Positions 1 to 9,187 of a DNA stretch of 64,000 nt are shown here, in pieces. Each line of letters begins with the position of its first letter. Position 1 is the first letter of the stretch. The DNA is taken from the NCBI GenBank assembly GCA_963663865.1, contig OY760686.1:448001-512000 (forward strand), in the 5' to 3' direction. This stretch comes from Spirochaetota bacterium (GTDB taxonomy: Bacteria > Spirochaetota > UBA4802 > UBA5550). The position numbers and the translations under genes are program-made. Under the pieces are notes generated by a model that saw only the letters and a list, made by a program, of their open reading frames with translations, made no database searches and was not told the origin of the DNA.

Positions 1-186
1 AGCTGTCCTTCGGATGACGATGTAGACTTTGTCAGCCATCTGCAGAAATACAACATACTGGCCGTTCCGGGATCAGGCTTTGGTTGTCCGGGAAATTTCA
101 GGCTGACCTTTTGTGTTTCGGAGAAGACAATAGCAGGATCCTTCAGCGCTTTCAAAGAGGCTCTTGAGACCTATAAAGCCCGCTGA
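1..186 (+). CDS. PLP-dependent class I/II aminotransferase, C-terminal fragment (5' truncated by window)
   Basis: Own translation of frame 1: SCPSDDDVDFVSHLQKYNILAVPGSGFGCPGNFRLTFCVSEKTIAGS...KAR*. The VPGxxFG..G..RL motif is typical of aspartate-aminotransferase-like C-termini. Confidence 0.85.
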   Translation, partial: SCPSDDDVDFVSHLQKYNILAVPGSGFGCPGNFRLTFCVSEKTIAGSFSAFKEALETYKAR

Positions 187-239
187 CCGGGCGAACTGGA
201 GAAAACAATATGCCTGACAGACAGGGAAAGGTAAAAAAA

Positions 240-854
240 ATGGAGACTACTCTCCAAATCCCGGAGGGCATGGTTATTCGCGTCTACAGAAAGGGGTTCG
301 GCTATTCGATTATCACTGTGCTGGGAAATAATCAGCACTTCCTTGCAGCTCTCTGCGATGAAGATTTTTTCACATCAACCGGAGACGGCGAGACCGTTGA
401 CGCCTATCTGTGGCAGGAGGGTGTAGCCTCTTACGAATTTCCGCTTGTGATCATCGGGCGTACTACCAGAGGGACGCGTATTTTGCTGTTCTCTCATACT
501 GAAAGGATCAACTCGAGCGTAAACCGGAAGTGTCTGATGGCAAAGGTTGATATCCCCGCTGTTTTCTTTAGTTCGCCGCTTAATCCTGATGGTCAGATAT
601 TCTCTTCTGAAAAACTAACTCACCGCTCCGGTGTCGTAGTTATGATGAGCGATCGGGAAATTATTCTCCAGTATGACGCTGAGATGCCCCGGGGGGAGCT
701 GTTTTACGGAAAAATTAACATTGATGAAGAAATAGAGCTGATCGGTGTTGTTGAAGGAAAGGTAGAGGCTGGATACACTATACTCCTTAGCGGGATTCCT
801 GAGAGGACTCGTCAGCTTCTTCTCGATTACGTCTTCCGGTTTTACAGAGAGTAG
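240..854 (+). CDS. YcgR/PilZ-like beta-barrel protein with degenerate c-di-GMP motifs
   Basis: ORF 210..854, second ATG at 240 preferred. YEF...LFSH...NRKCLMAKVDIP and C-terminal RQLLLDYVF resemble the flagellar-brake layout. RxxxR and D/NxSxxG are not intact. Confidence 0.5.
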   Translation: METTLQIPEGMVIRVYRKGFGYSIITVLGNNQHFLAALCDEDFFTSTGDGETVDAYLWQEGVASYEFPLVIIGRTTRGTRILLFSHTERINSSVNRKCLMAKVDIPAVFFSSPLNPDGQIFSSEKLTHRSGVVVMMSDREIILQYDAEMPRGELFYGKINIDEEIELIGVVEGKVEAGYTILLSGIPERTRQLLLDYVFRFYRE

Positions 855-1038
855 ATTCTTGAGTCTGCAAAGAAAAAGGCCGGCCAATCAGCTATCAACA
901 TAATTGCCGGTATCGTTTAGCTTGTTATTGTTTGACTCTGGACTTTATAGCTTCCTCCGCATTTTTTGAATAATGATAGAGAAACAATAAAGCATATCCG
1001 ATAATTTAAATGAGAACCATTATCTTGGGGGACAGCTA

Positions 1039-1674
1039 ATGAACAGGATTTATATTTCAGCTGTATTGGTCCTATCAGCAGTAACTCTTCTCTATTCTCA
1101 GGAGAAGCAGGAACAGCAGGGAAAGGACCCTGTGCCGGTTCAGGCTCAGTACAGCGATGAGATACGCGTAAAAGGAGTCAATTTTAACAAGAAAATAGAC
1201 CTCACCGGGAAAGGCGAGGTTCTTGAGACAGAGTTTATCATTGAGAACATGACAGATGATCCCATCGAGCTCTATGTCTTCACCCTTGCTTCTTATGAAA
1301 AGTTCATCAGAAACGAAACCAGCTTTGACAGGCCTATGCCGCCTGAAGAGAGAATGAAAAACTTTTCCGCGTTTCCAGGGAGCAAAGACAACTTCAAATA
1401 TATTGTACGTGAAAACGACGGTAAGCCGAAGAAGGACGGCGACGGCCATGAAGTCTATGAGTATCTAAAGCATCCTATTGATTTCAAAAAGGGAGTTAAC
1501 CCTGATACGGGCTCCGTTTACAGGCTGACCGACCGGCTTGTGCTCAGACATGAGCATCTCAGCCCCTACCGCAACAATTACTTTTACTTTAACGAGGCAG
1601 CGGTACTGATTTTTGATTCAAAAGGCCGGCTTCTATTCCGCCAGCTTTACGACCTTCGGAGCTGGAGGCGGTAG
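1039..1674 (+). CDS. Exported hypothetical protein
   Basis: 211-aa ORF, GGGGGA RBS-like sequence, N-terminal signal peptide MNRIYISAVLVLSAVTLLYSQ. Confidence 0.8.
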   Translation: MNRIYISAVLVLSAVTLLYSQEKQEQQGKDPVPVQAQYSDEIRVKGVNFNKKIDLTGKGEVLETEFIIENMTDDPIELYVFTLASYEKFIRNETSFDRPMPPEERMKNFSAFPGSKDNFKYIVRENDGKPKKDGDGHEVYEYLKHPIDFKKGVNPDTGSVYRLTDRLVLRHEHLSPYRNNYFYFNEAAVLIFDSKGRLLFRQLYDLRSWRR

Positions 1675-1686
1675 TGTCTATGCAGA

Positions 1687-1721
1687 CAGCGTATATCCAG
1701 TTCTGACGGAGATATACGCTG
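1687..1721 (+). terminator. Stem-loop after the 1039..1674 gene
   Basis: CAGCGTATATC (1687-1697) pairs with GATATACGCTG (1711-1721). No clear U-tract. Confidence 0.45.
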
Positions 1722-1826
1722 ACCCATATCTCATAAAAAACCTTTAATCTGATTTTTGTATCCGCCCCTCTATTTACTGATTGTCATAATTAGTCCGTTT
1801 CAGTACTTTGTAATAGAGGTGCCTGT

Positions 1827-2936
1827 ATGCCGGACAAAATCAAGAAAGCTATCCTTCTAATAGTAATGTTTTGTTTTTCCAATCAGTCGATGGCGGAGGT
1901 ATCCAGGCCTTCACAAGACTCATACCCGTATCCGGATAAAAATTACTATCTTTCCGAATCAGTAAATATCAGGAATGTTAACGGTAAATTTTACGCGTAC
2001 ATAGTTCTACTTTTCAGCGAAAATCCTCACTTTGTAAATATTATCGAGAAAGACAGCATTCCTCTCAAGCTGATCGGCAATGAAGGCTTTCATGTCAATG
2101 CCTACAAAAAGTACACAAGAACCGTCAGTTCTACGCATATCCGAAGCCTTGCCGCCGGGCTGCTGGCAGTGTACCTTGAACCTACAAAGGTAACGGAAGA
2201 AGAGCTGAGGGATTACGAAAACAAACTGGAGTCGTACAATATAATCCTGAGGTTTTCGAGAGACAGAAATGTCAGAATGAATAAAATCGTCCTTGATTAC
2301 TGTATTTACGGAAAAAGATCAGAAATTACAATAAAACATCCTCTGATGCAACAGAAGGAGCGGATTTACAACATCCAGCCCTATATCTACTATGACGAGA
2401 TTTCAACCAGCAACTCAACTTTCTATTATGACATGATCTATATTAACATGGAAGAGGTCATGAATGACACAGTCATAGCAAGAAAGGTTATGAACAATGA
2501 GAATGTCGGGCAAATGTTCTTTGTCGGATCAAGGGTCACTGAAGATATAAAATACAGTCTCAAGCGGTATTTCTCCACATCCGGCAGCGACATAAGAAAA
2601 CACATTTGGGAGATGTTCGTGGTTCATGAACTTACGCATAAGCTTGTGAACAATCAGTATAACTATTTCGATCAAGTGAACGGAGAGGAGCTGTCGCTTA
2701 TGAGTACAATCTACGACAAGCCCTATCTTGGCCTCTCTGTTCTGTATGCTTATCTCAATTACAATTCAATAAATCCTCACAGGATCGCCGTTCTCAGATT
2801 TTTAAAGTTCACTTCAGAAAAAACCGGCAGGAAAGATATCTACGACAATCCCGGTTTGCTTAAGCACATGACGGAAACAGAGCTGAGACAGCTGGCCCTG
2901 GATTACTTCAATCTTATTATCTCAAAGCTAAAATAA
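1827..2936 (+). CDS. Exported hypothetical protein with HExxH (zincin-like) motif
   Basis: 369-aa ORF, GAGG RBS, signal peptide, VVHELTH followed by GEELS. Confidence 0.7.
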   Translation: MPDKIKKAILLIVMFCFSNQSMAEVSRPSQDSYPYPDKNYYLSESVNIRNVNGKFYAYIVLLFSENPHFVNIIEKDSIPLKLIGNEGFHVNAYKKYTRTVSSTHIRSLAAGLLAVYLEPTKVTEEELRDYENKLESYNIILRFSRDRNVRMNKIVLDYCIYGKRSEITIKHPLMQQKERIYNIQPYIYYDEISTSNSTFYYDMIYINMEEVMNDTVIARKVMNNENVGQMFFVGSRVTEDIKYSLKRYFSTSGSDIRKHIWEMFVVHELTHKLVNNQYNYFDQVNGEELSLMSTIYDKPYLGLSVLYAYLNYNSINPHRIAVLRFLKFTSEKTGRKDIYDNPGLLKHMTETELRQLALDYFNLIISKLK

Positions 2937-2942
2937 AAGCCG

Positions 2943-4013
2943 TTAGTATCTCATGCTTACAGGTTCTTTGTGAACCATGTCATGGTAACCTGCTTCGGCT
3001 GATGCGGTGAACGCGTTTTGCGGGATCAATAAACCCATGTCCAAAGGCCGGCTTGTGAAAAGGGACTCTTCGATTGCCGTCCAGGCCTCGGCGGTCATCT
3101 CAGCCGCTGTTTTGACCAGATCGTCAATTGACTCATATCGGTTGCCCGTCTCTGTCGGTGACTGCCATCTGCCCCTGTGTATATTCAGAAGGTCCGCGTT
3201 GAGACGTCTCGGGTGCGGCCGTTGAAGAAAGATACCTGAACTGAAAAAACCTTTTCTGTAGAGGATTTCAATTATTGAAATGATGGGGCCCGGCATACCC
3301 TGCCTTATTTTTTCCACTTTTTCTAAAAAGAACGGAGCGTAGTCAACGGCATTGAGCCATGGCAATTCCCCATCTTTTTTTTGGGGGGGGATAAAGCTCA
3401 TCGCTGCAAGGTTTTCCGGGAACGATTTTTTCAGTGCTTCTTTGATCAGAGCGCTGACGGGAGCTGCGAGTCTGATTTTTTTATCCTCAACAGGGTAATT
3501 GTCTTTCCTGAGCGAGTCTTTCTTTTCGTGTCTGTAAAGGTAATAGCTGTCGATATTATACTGAAATAGAATGTTCTGTTCGCGGTATCTTTTTATTTCA
3601 GGGGCGATGAAGCTGTCCGGAAAACCGCTGAAGAAGAATACGAAGGGATAGATCACAGAATCCGCGATAATGTGGGAAAGGAAGCCGTACAGGTAAGCCC
3701 GCTGCATTGATTTCCATTCGGTGTTCATGTCTCCGTCAGATAAGGCGATTGAAGAGAGATTTGCCGTAAACCCGCCGGGATCACCGTTGTGGATAGAGAA
3801 GGAGATGTCTCTTCCGTGACAGTTAAACTTTGACGGAGATGGCAGTGATTCAAATATATCAGGGCCGGCGGAACCGAAGAGGCCGGCGGTCATGTTGGCC
3901 GGAGTGGAAAAAAGAGCGGCTACTGGGCCAGAGGCAAAGGTTTTCTTTTTACCGGCAGTGAGCAAGTCGAGCGCATCAAGAAAAACTCTATTGTGCGTAA
4001 ATATTCCTGGCAT
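2943..4013 (-). CDS. Zinc-dependent phospholipase C family protein (partly degenerate metal site)
   Basis: N-terminal MPGIFTH, GSAGPD and YLYGFLSHIIAD motifs of the Zn_dep_PLPC family. Confidence 0.7.
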   Translation of the reverse strand: MPGIFTHNRVFLDALDLLTAGKKKTFASGPVAALFSTPANMTAGLFGSAGPDIFESLPSPSKFNCHGRDISFSIHNGDPGGFTANLSSIALSDGDMNTEWKSMQRAYLYGFLSHIIADSVIYPFVFFFSGFPDSFIAPEIKRYREQNILFQYNIDSYYLYRHEKKDSLRKDNYPVEDKKIRLAAPVSALIKEALKKSFPENLAAMSFIPPQKKDGELPWLNAVDYAPFFLEKVEKIRQGMPGPIISIIEILYRKGFFSSGIFLQRPHPRRLNADLLNIHRGRWQSPTETGNRYESIDDLVKTAAEMTAEAWTAIEESLFTSRPLDMGLLIPQNAFTASAEAGYHDMVHKEPVSMRY

Positions 4014-4089
4014 CTTAGACCCCGTTTATTGCTGTTATATAAATAACCGGCCTTGAATGGAGCTGTCAAGCACAAAGGAGACGGCGAAA

Positions 4090-4947
4090 CTATTTCAGTG
4101 TAAGCGAGTACTTGTCGAGCATCATTTCCGGATGATATGACTTCTTTGCCTGGCGAAGCTGGGGGCTTCCCATGTCCTGCTCAAAGTTAAAATATTTGTA
4201 TGAATGCTTCAGGCCAGAGGAGGCGTGGCTGTACATGTACTGGTAAATCCCCTTGTAGTCCCTCAGCCCCTTAACAAAGTGAAGCGCGAAGAAATCAGAG
4301 GAAAGCTCCTCGCCCATCACAAAGCCGGCGGGTTCGCCGTCAATTATAAAGATACAGCCGCAGATTTGAAGCTGCTCCCGCAGTTGGAGCGCCTCAAGCG
4401 CGGGATAGTAGTCTGTTTCCTCTGGTTCCTGCTTCGATTCATCCTGCCACATCTTCAGTATCTCAACCGCAATGTCAGCGCTGTCGGAGGTCAGAGGTAT
4501 TATCTCGGGAACATAGCTTCTCGTGAATTGATTGAAGAGGTTGCGTTTTTTATGCATCTTCTTTCCCGGATAGTTTTCAAGCTTTTCGGTGCTGTGAATA
4601 TAGTCGGATTCGTCGATATCATAAGTCAGTAACCACTGATCTGACATAAACGGCGTTGTCCATTCCTCCGGAATCGGGTATATCATTTGATGATTTTTTA
4701 TTACCTGTGTAATCTCTTCCATCGGAATTGTCCTCAGGTCTTCGGTAGGCATAGCAAAAGGCATCCCCTTGCGCGTGTTTCCGGTTATCCATATTCTGCC
4801 GTTTTGGCATTCCGTAACCATGTAGGAGTGTTCACGTCTGAACAGATACAGGTTGGTAAAGCTGTATTCGGATAGTCCAGTGAAACAGCTGGACAGCCTG
4901 TTTCTCAAAAGGTCTGTGTGATCAAGGGAAATGGGTTCATTTGTCAT
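4090..4947 (-). CDS. DUF2156 / aminoacyl-phosphatidylglycerol transferase-like standalone domain
   Basis: SEYSFTNLY, DYI...GKKMHKKRNLFNQF, HFVKG, NFEQDMGSPQLRQAKKSYHP motifs. Start moved to ATG 4947 to avoid overlap with the upstream gene. Confidence 0.85.
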   Translation of the reverse strand: MTNEPISLDHTDLLRNRLSSCFTGLSEYSFTNLYLFRREHSYMVTECQNGRIWITGNTRKGMPFAMPTEDLRTIPMEEITQVIKNHQMIYPIPEEWTTPFMSDQWLLTYDIDESDYIHSTEKLENYPGKKMHKKRNLFNQFTRSYVPEIIPLTSDSADIAVEILKMWQDESKQEPEETDYYPALEALQLREQLQICGCIFIIDGEPAGFVMGEELSSDFFALHFVKGLRDYKGIYQYMYSHASSGLKHSYKYFNFEQDMGSPQLRQAKKSYHPEMMLDKYSLTLK

Positions 4948-4960
4948 ATTGTTGTTCTGG

Positions 4961-5500
4961 TTAAAGCCCTTTTGTGATTTTTTCGGAGAGTCCGGCGGCA
5001 ATGTCGATATAAGCCTTTTTTACCATTAGCCTGGATGGGCTTACATGAATGGGTTTTGCTTTCTTGCCGTTTATGACAGTTGTTACGTTAATGCCTCTTA
5101 GACCTGAGCGTCGGCAGTAACCTGTTGTGCAGTGTCTGCAGTATGAAAATAATACTGAAAGCTGAATATTTACATCCTTCTTTTCGCCGGCCCATTTGCC
5201 GAGCAGACCGGCAGTCTCATCGATAAGATTTTTCAGGTATTCCGGCATGTTTTCGTCAGATTCGGCTGACGAATATTCGAGCTTAATTACAATATTATCG
5301 GAAACAACGCTTCTGGTATAGCTATCAACGGGTAGACCATACGGGGTTTTACCGTCCATGTCCTGCCTTACGCGAGTTCCGCTTGATGTTGTGACAGTGA
5401 TAGATCCATCGCTGTTGTACTCTATGGGACCCGGCAGTATGGGGGAAGCGAATAAGAGAGAAAAGAATACCAGCGAGATTGTTACAGAAAGTAATTTCAT
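4961..5500 (-). CDS. Exported hypothetical protein with CxxCxxxxC motif
   Basis: Signal peptide MKLLSVTISLVFFSLLFAS. GAGG RBS overlapping the purD stop. CRHCTTGYC. Confidence 0.7.
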   Translation of the reverse strand: MKLLSVTISLVFFSLLFASPILPGPIEYNSDGSITVTTSSGTRVRQDMDGKTPYGLPVDSYTRSVVSDNIVIKLEYSSAESDENMPEYLKNLIDETAGLLGKWAGEKKDVNIQLSVLFSYCRHCTTGYCRRSGLRGINVTTVINGKKAKPIHVSPSRLMVKKAYIDIAAGLSEKITKGL

Positions 5501-5507
5501 TGCCACC

Positions 5508-6758
5508 TCATCTGTTCATCGCGCGGTGCGCGATATCTTTACGGTAAAATGAATCTCTGAAGCTTATGCGCGAAACAGCGCTGTAAACTTTTCTTCGGGC
5601 TTCTTCAAGCGTGGTTCCGGTCGCTGTAACGTTGAGAACGCGTCCTCCGGCGGTCAATGTCCTGCCGTCCTTTTCAGAGGTGCCCGCGTGGAATACAGTC
5701 GCTCCCTCCGCTTCGGCCTCAGCGATGCCCGATATCTCAATGCCCTTCTCATAGGAACCGGGATATCCGCCGGATGCCATTACCACGGTAAGTGCATGCA
5801 GTCCATTTGACTCAATCTCTATCTCATCCATTTTCCCTTCAATTGAAGCTATAATGATGTCTCCAAGCTTCCCTTTCAGCAGAGGCAGTATAACCTGGGT
5901 TTCCGGATCACCAAAGCGTGCGTTGAATTCAAGAACGCGTATATCTTCACCGGAAATCATGAGCCCGGCATAAAGAACGCCTTTAAAGGGGATGCCTTCG
6001 GAATTCATGGCATCAACAGTTTTTTGAAGGATGCCGCGGCTTGCTTTTTCCATGATCTGCTGAGTCACAACGGGTGCTGGTGCGTAAGCACCCATTCCCC
6101 CGGTATTGGGGCCGGTGTCGCCGTCAAAAGCTCTCTTGTGGTCCTGGGCCGCGATGAAGCATTTCACTGTTTTGCCGTCAGATATTCCCAGAATGGAGGC
6201 TTCCTCTCCGTCCAGGTAATCTTCGACAAAAACCTTTGTGTCCGATGACACGTTTGACTCAATGAACTCAAGAGCCTCGTCGTAGTTTTCGGGTATGCCT
6301 ACCCCTTTGCCGGCAGCGAGGCCGTCAAGTTTGATAACTATGGGCCATGACGGACAGATTTTTATATATTCAAGCAGCTCTTCCTTTCCGTTAAAGCTGT
6401 GATGGTATGCTGTCGGTATGCCGTAACGGTCCATTATTTCCTTCGCGAAAAGCTTGCTTCCCTCAAGCATGGCGGCCTTCTTTGACGGGCCGAAGGCTTT
6501 TATTCCCTGTTCCTGGAGGTAATCGACAATTCCGCCGGCGAGGGGTGCCTCGGGGCCCACGATAGCCGCGTCAATTTTTTTATCTTTACAAAACGCCGCG
6601 ATTGAGGGATAATCATCCTGTGCGATATCAATTCGGTATTCGGCGGGGATGCCTCCGTTCCCAGGAGCGCAATAGACGTTTTTAGCGCTGCCGTCGTTTC
6701 GCAGTCTCCAGAAAATTGCGTGTTCCCGGCCCCCCGAGCCTATGACAAGAAAGTTCAT
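5508..6758 (-). CDS. purD: Phosphoribosylamine--glycine ligase
   Basis: VIGSGGREHA, APGNGG, KLDGLAAGKGV, QDHKR, GPNTGGMGAY, EFNARFGDPETQ. Confidence 0.98.
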   Translation of the reverse strand: MNFLVIGSGGREHAIFWRLRNDGSAKNVYCAPGNGGIPAEYRIDIAQDDYPSIAAFCKDKKIDAAIVGPEAPLAGGIVDYLQEQGIKAFGPSKKAAMLEGSKLFAKEIMDRYGIPTAYHHSFNGKEELLEYIKICPSWPIVIKLDGLAAGKGVGIPENYDEALEFIESNVSSDTKVFVEDYLDGEEASILGISDGKTVKCFIAAQDHKRAFDGDTGPNTGGMGAYAPAPVVTQQIMEKASRGILQKTVDAMNSEGIPFKGVLYAGLMISGEDIRVLEFNARFGDPETQVILPLLKGKLGDIIIASIEGKMDEIEIESNGLHALTVVMASGGYPGSYEKGIEISGIAEAEAEGATVFHAGTSEKDGRTLTAGGRVLNVTATGTTLEEARRKVYSAVSRISFRDSFYRKDIAHRAMNR

Positions 6759-6967
6759 GTTTCCTCCGGATGTTTCTCCCGCTGCTGATTGCTGAAAGTA
6801 AGCCTTTGAGCGGATGATGTCTGTCTATAGTTTTACTTGATGTGTAAAAGTCAACAAAATCAGATGATTATTCCCAAAAGGCGTTACTGTGCATATTGGA
6901 ACGTTTTTGAAGTGTAAAACATTTCAGGATCACTTTGATTCTGAAGAGATGAAATATTTGCCCCAAC

Positions 6968-7342
6968 GTGGAGGATCAGGTGGAAGATGTTTTTGTTTTT
7001 GGCGACAATGGAGACGTCAAAGAGGCAATTCTCTTTCTGACCGCGAAACTGCCTGAAGATTTGTCGAGAAGGCTTATGGAAGAGTGCATTGTAGTTGTTG
7101 TAAGCGGCACATTAAACGGCTTCTACCTGCCTTCCGAGATAGTAAACGGAAGAGGAGTAATCGCGCTCAACTACAGTCTCTATTCAAAAAGCTATGACAG
7201 GTTCATAAGGACATTTTTCCACGAGGCGGCGCATCATATTCTGGGACATTCAGTTTTATTTGGAAAAAACAGCCCGCTTGAAAAAAGGCAGGAGGCTGAG
7301 GCAGAGGCGCTCGTTTCCAGCTGGTTATTGCGGGCTGATTAG
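6968..7342 (+). CDS. Small ImmA/IrrE-like HExxH metallopeptidase
   Basis: IALNYSL...RTFFHEAAHHILGH...QEAEAEAL pattern. GTG start uncertain. Confidence 0.6.
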   Translation: MEDQVEDVFVFGDNGDVKEAILFLTAKLPEDLSRRLMEECIVVVVSGTLNGFYLPSEIVNGRGVIALNYSLYSKSYDRFIRTFFHEAAHHILGHSVLFGKNSPLEKRQEAEAEALVSSWLLRAD

Positions 7343-7372
7343 GCCCTGTTTTTGACTTAATAAATGGGCGTA

Positions 7373-8701
7373 TTACAGAAGATCTGAAGCAAGTCCGGCC
7401 AGATGAGACCTCTCTCCCTTCTCCATGGTGATATGTGCGTAGATGTCCTGACCCTTCATCTTGTCGATAAGGTATGTTAATCCGTTGCTTCGTGAATCAA
7501 GGTACGGTGTATCGATCTGGTAAGGGTCTCCTGTGAAAACAACCTTTGTTCCCTCTCCTGCCCTTGTTATGATAGTCTTAACCTCGTGCGGTGTCAGGTT
7601 CTGGGCCTCATCAACGATGAAGTAAACGCTTGGAAGGCTGCGTCCGCGAATGTAGGCAAGCGCTGTTATGAGAAGCTTTTTCGTATTAATCATCTCCGCA
7701 ATCCGGCTGTACTCTGTGCTGTCATCTCGATACTGGTTCTGTATGACCGACAGATTGTCGTAGAGAGGCTGCATGTACGGCTGAAGCTTTTCATGTACCT
7801 CACCGGGCAGATATCCCAAATCCCTGTTTGAAAGGGGGATAACCGGACGTGCCAGAAGAATTTGACGGTAAGCCTTTCGCCTTTCGAGAGACGCCGCAAG
7901 AGCCATAAGCGTTTTGCCGGTTCCAGCCTTTCCTGAAAGTGTTACCAGGGATATATCCGTGTCCATGAGGGCGTTAAGCGCAAAATTCTGTTCGGCGTTT
8001 CTCGGGGAAATTCCGTAGGCTCTTCGTTTTTCAACGTAGCGAAGAACGCTTTCCTTCGCGCAGTATGTCGCGAGCATGCTCTGGTTATCGTTGCGGAGAA
8101 TAAAGTTTTCGTTCGGGAAGGGAGTAATGTCTTTACCCAAATCCGATATAGGGATAAAGCCAATTCGAAATATCTCGCTGAGAAGATCGTGATCCACGCC
8201 TTCAATAAGGTTTTTGCCTGTGTACAGCTCATCAATGTTTTTTACTTTGCCGGTTTCATAGTCCTCTGAAGTCAGGCCGATACTTTTAGCCTTCATTCGC
8301 AGATTGATGTCCTTTGTCACAAGTACCACAGATTCCCTGCCGTGCTCTCTCGCGCTGTTGTAGGCTACAGCGAGTATTCGGTGGTCAGGGGTGTCTTCCC
8401 AGAAGATTTCCTTGAAATACTGGTCTTTTCTGAAATCTGTTTTAATGCTAAGAATGCCGCCGGTTTCAAGTCTGACTCCATCGATAAGCTGCCGGTCGCC
8501 GACAAGCGAATCAAGTTCGCGTGTAAACTCTCTGGCGTTGAAGTTTATTATCTCATTGCCGCGTTTGAACTTATCAATTTCCTCAAGAAGTGTTATGGGG
8601 ATGATGATGTTGTGCCCCGCAAAGGAGTATATGCACCTGTAGTCATACAGGACTACGTTGGTGTCGAGGACAAAGTATTTTAAATCGTCTGCCTGTTCCA
8701 T
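7373..8701 (-). CDS. PIN-domain PhoH family ATPase (PhoH2/YlaK-like)
   Basis: N-terminal PIN (FVLDTNV, EEID, DHRIL, LVTKDINLRMKA). Walker A GKAGTGKT, RGRS, DEAQN, GDPYQID. Confidence 0.95.
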   Translation of the reverse strand: MEQADDLKYFVLDTNVVLYDYRCIYSFAGHNIIIPITLLEEIDKFKRGNEIINFNAREFTRELDSLVGDRQLIDGVRLETGGILSIKTDFRKDQYFKEIFWEDTPDHRILAVAYNSAREHGRESVVLVTKDINLRMKAKSIGLTSEDYETGKVKNIDELYTGKNLIEGVDHDLLSEIFRIGFIPISDLGKDITPFPNENFILRNDNQSMLATYCAKESVLRYVEKRRAYGISPRNAEQNFALNALMDTDISLVTLSGKAGTGKTLMALAASLERRKAYRQILLARPVIPLSNRDLGYLPGEVHEKLQPYMQPLYDNLSVIQNQYRDDSTEYSRIAEMINTKKLLITALAYIRGRSLPSVYFIVDEAQNLTPHEVKTIITRAGEGTKVVFTGDPYQIDTPYLDSRSNGLTYLIDKMKGQDIYAHITMEKGERSHLAGLASDLL

Positions 8702-8901
8702 GGCTGTATCCCCGGCCGAAAAGAAGGCCTCGGAGCATAATGATAAAAAAGACAGGGCTTTATCAAGTTATTTTTACCGAAACAGGGATTTCTCCTTATC
8801 TGCGTCAGGAAATAAGCTGAGAAACAAAAAAAATTCTGTATAAGATCTTATTGCTTCATATATATGTATATATCAGCATTGCTGAGTGAAGACTTTTTTA
8901 C

Positions 8902-8930
8902 TTGAAACATCAGTCTGATTTGAGGATACT
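8902..8930 (+). promoter_or_regulatory. Sigma70-type promoter with palindrome in the spacer
   Basis: TTGAAA-N17-GATACT. The spacer holds ATCAG-T-CTGAT (8909-8919). Confidence 0.45.
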
Positions 8931-9001
8931 GAGTATAGTGGTTGTCATTTGTTTAATCTGATTGACACAGATGATGGCCGAAAATTATTTCAGGAGATCA
9001 C

Positions 9002-9097
9002 ATGACTTTTAACCTTAAACGATTTATTGTATCAATTCTGGTCTTGGCGGTTTTTCTTATTGCGGTTGTTTTTTCTGAAGATATTCTGTCGTGCTGA
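9002..9097 (+). CDS. 31-aa single-pass small membrane protein (not in ORF track)
   Basis: AGGAG RBS at 8992-8996, ATG 9002, MTFNLKRFIVSILVLAVFLIAVVFSEDILSC*. Confidence 0.6.
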   Translation: MTFNLKRFIVSILVLAVFLIAVVFSEDILSC

Positions 9098-9187
9098 ATT
9101 CTAGAATCATGTCAGAAAAATTCATATCCTGAACCCATTCCCGGGTTCTGCAGCTTGGCCGTTTGTTCTGTCAGTTGAGCCTGCTGT

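Noticed and set aside
3375-3390. T8G8 homopolymer pair inside the Zn-PLC gene
   Set aside because: The frame is intact (IPPQKK) and no alternative-frame product is evident.
6968-8701. HExxH protease plus PIN domain as a toxin-antitoxin or defence module
   Set aside because: The genes are convergent and PIN-PhoH is a widespread chromosomal gene. No antitoxin or mobile context.
1743-8963. Identical 12-mer TTTAATCTGATT at 1743 and 8952
   Set aside because: An AT-rich 12-mer seen twice in AT-rich spacers is compatible with chance, and there is no shared gene function.
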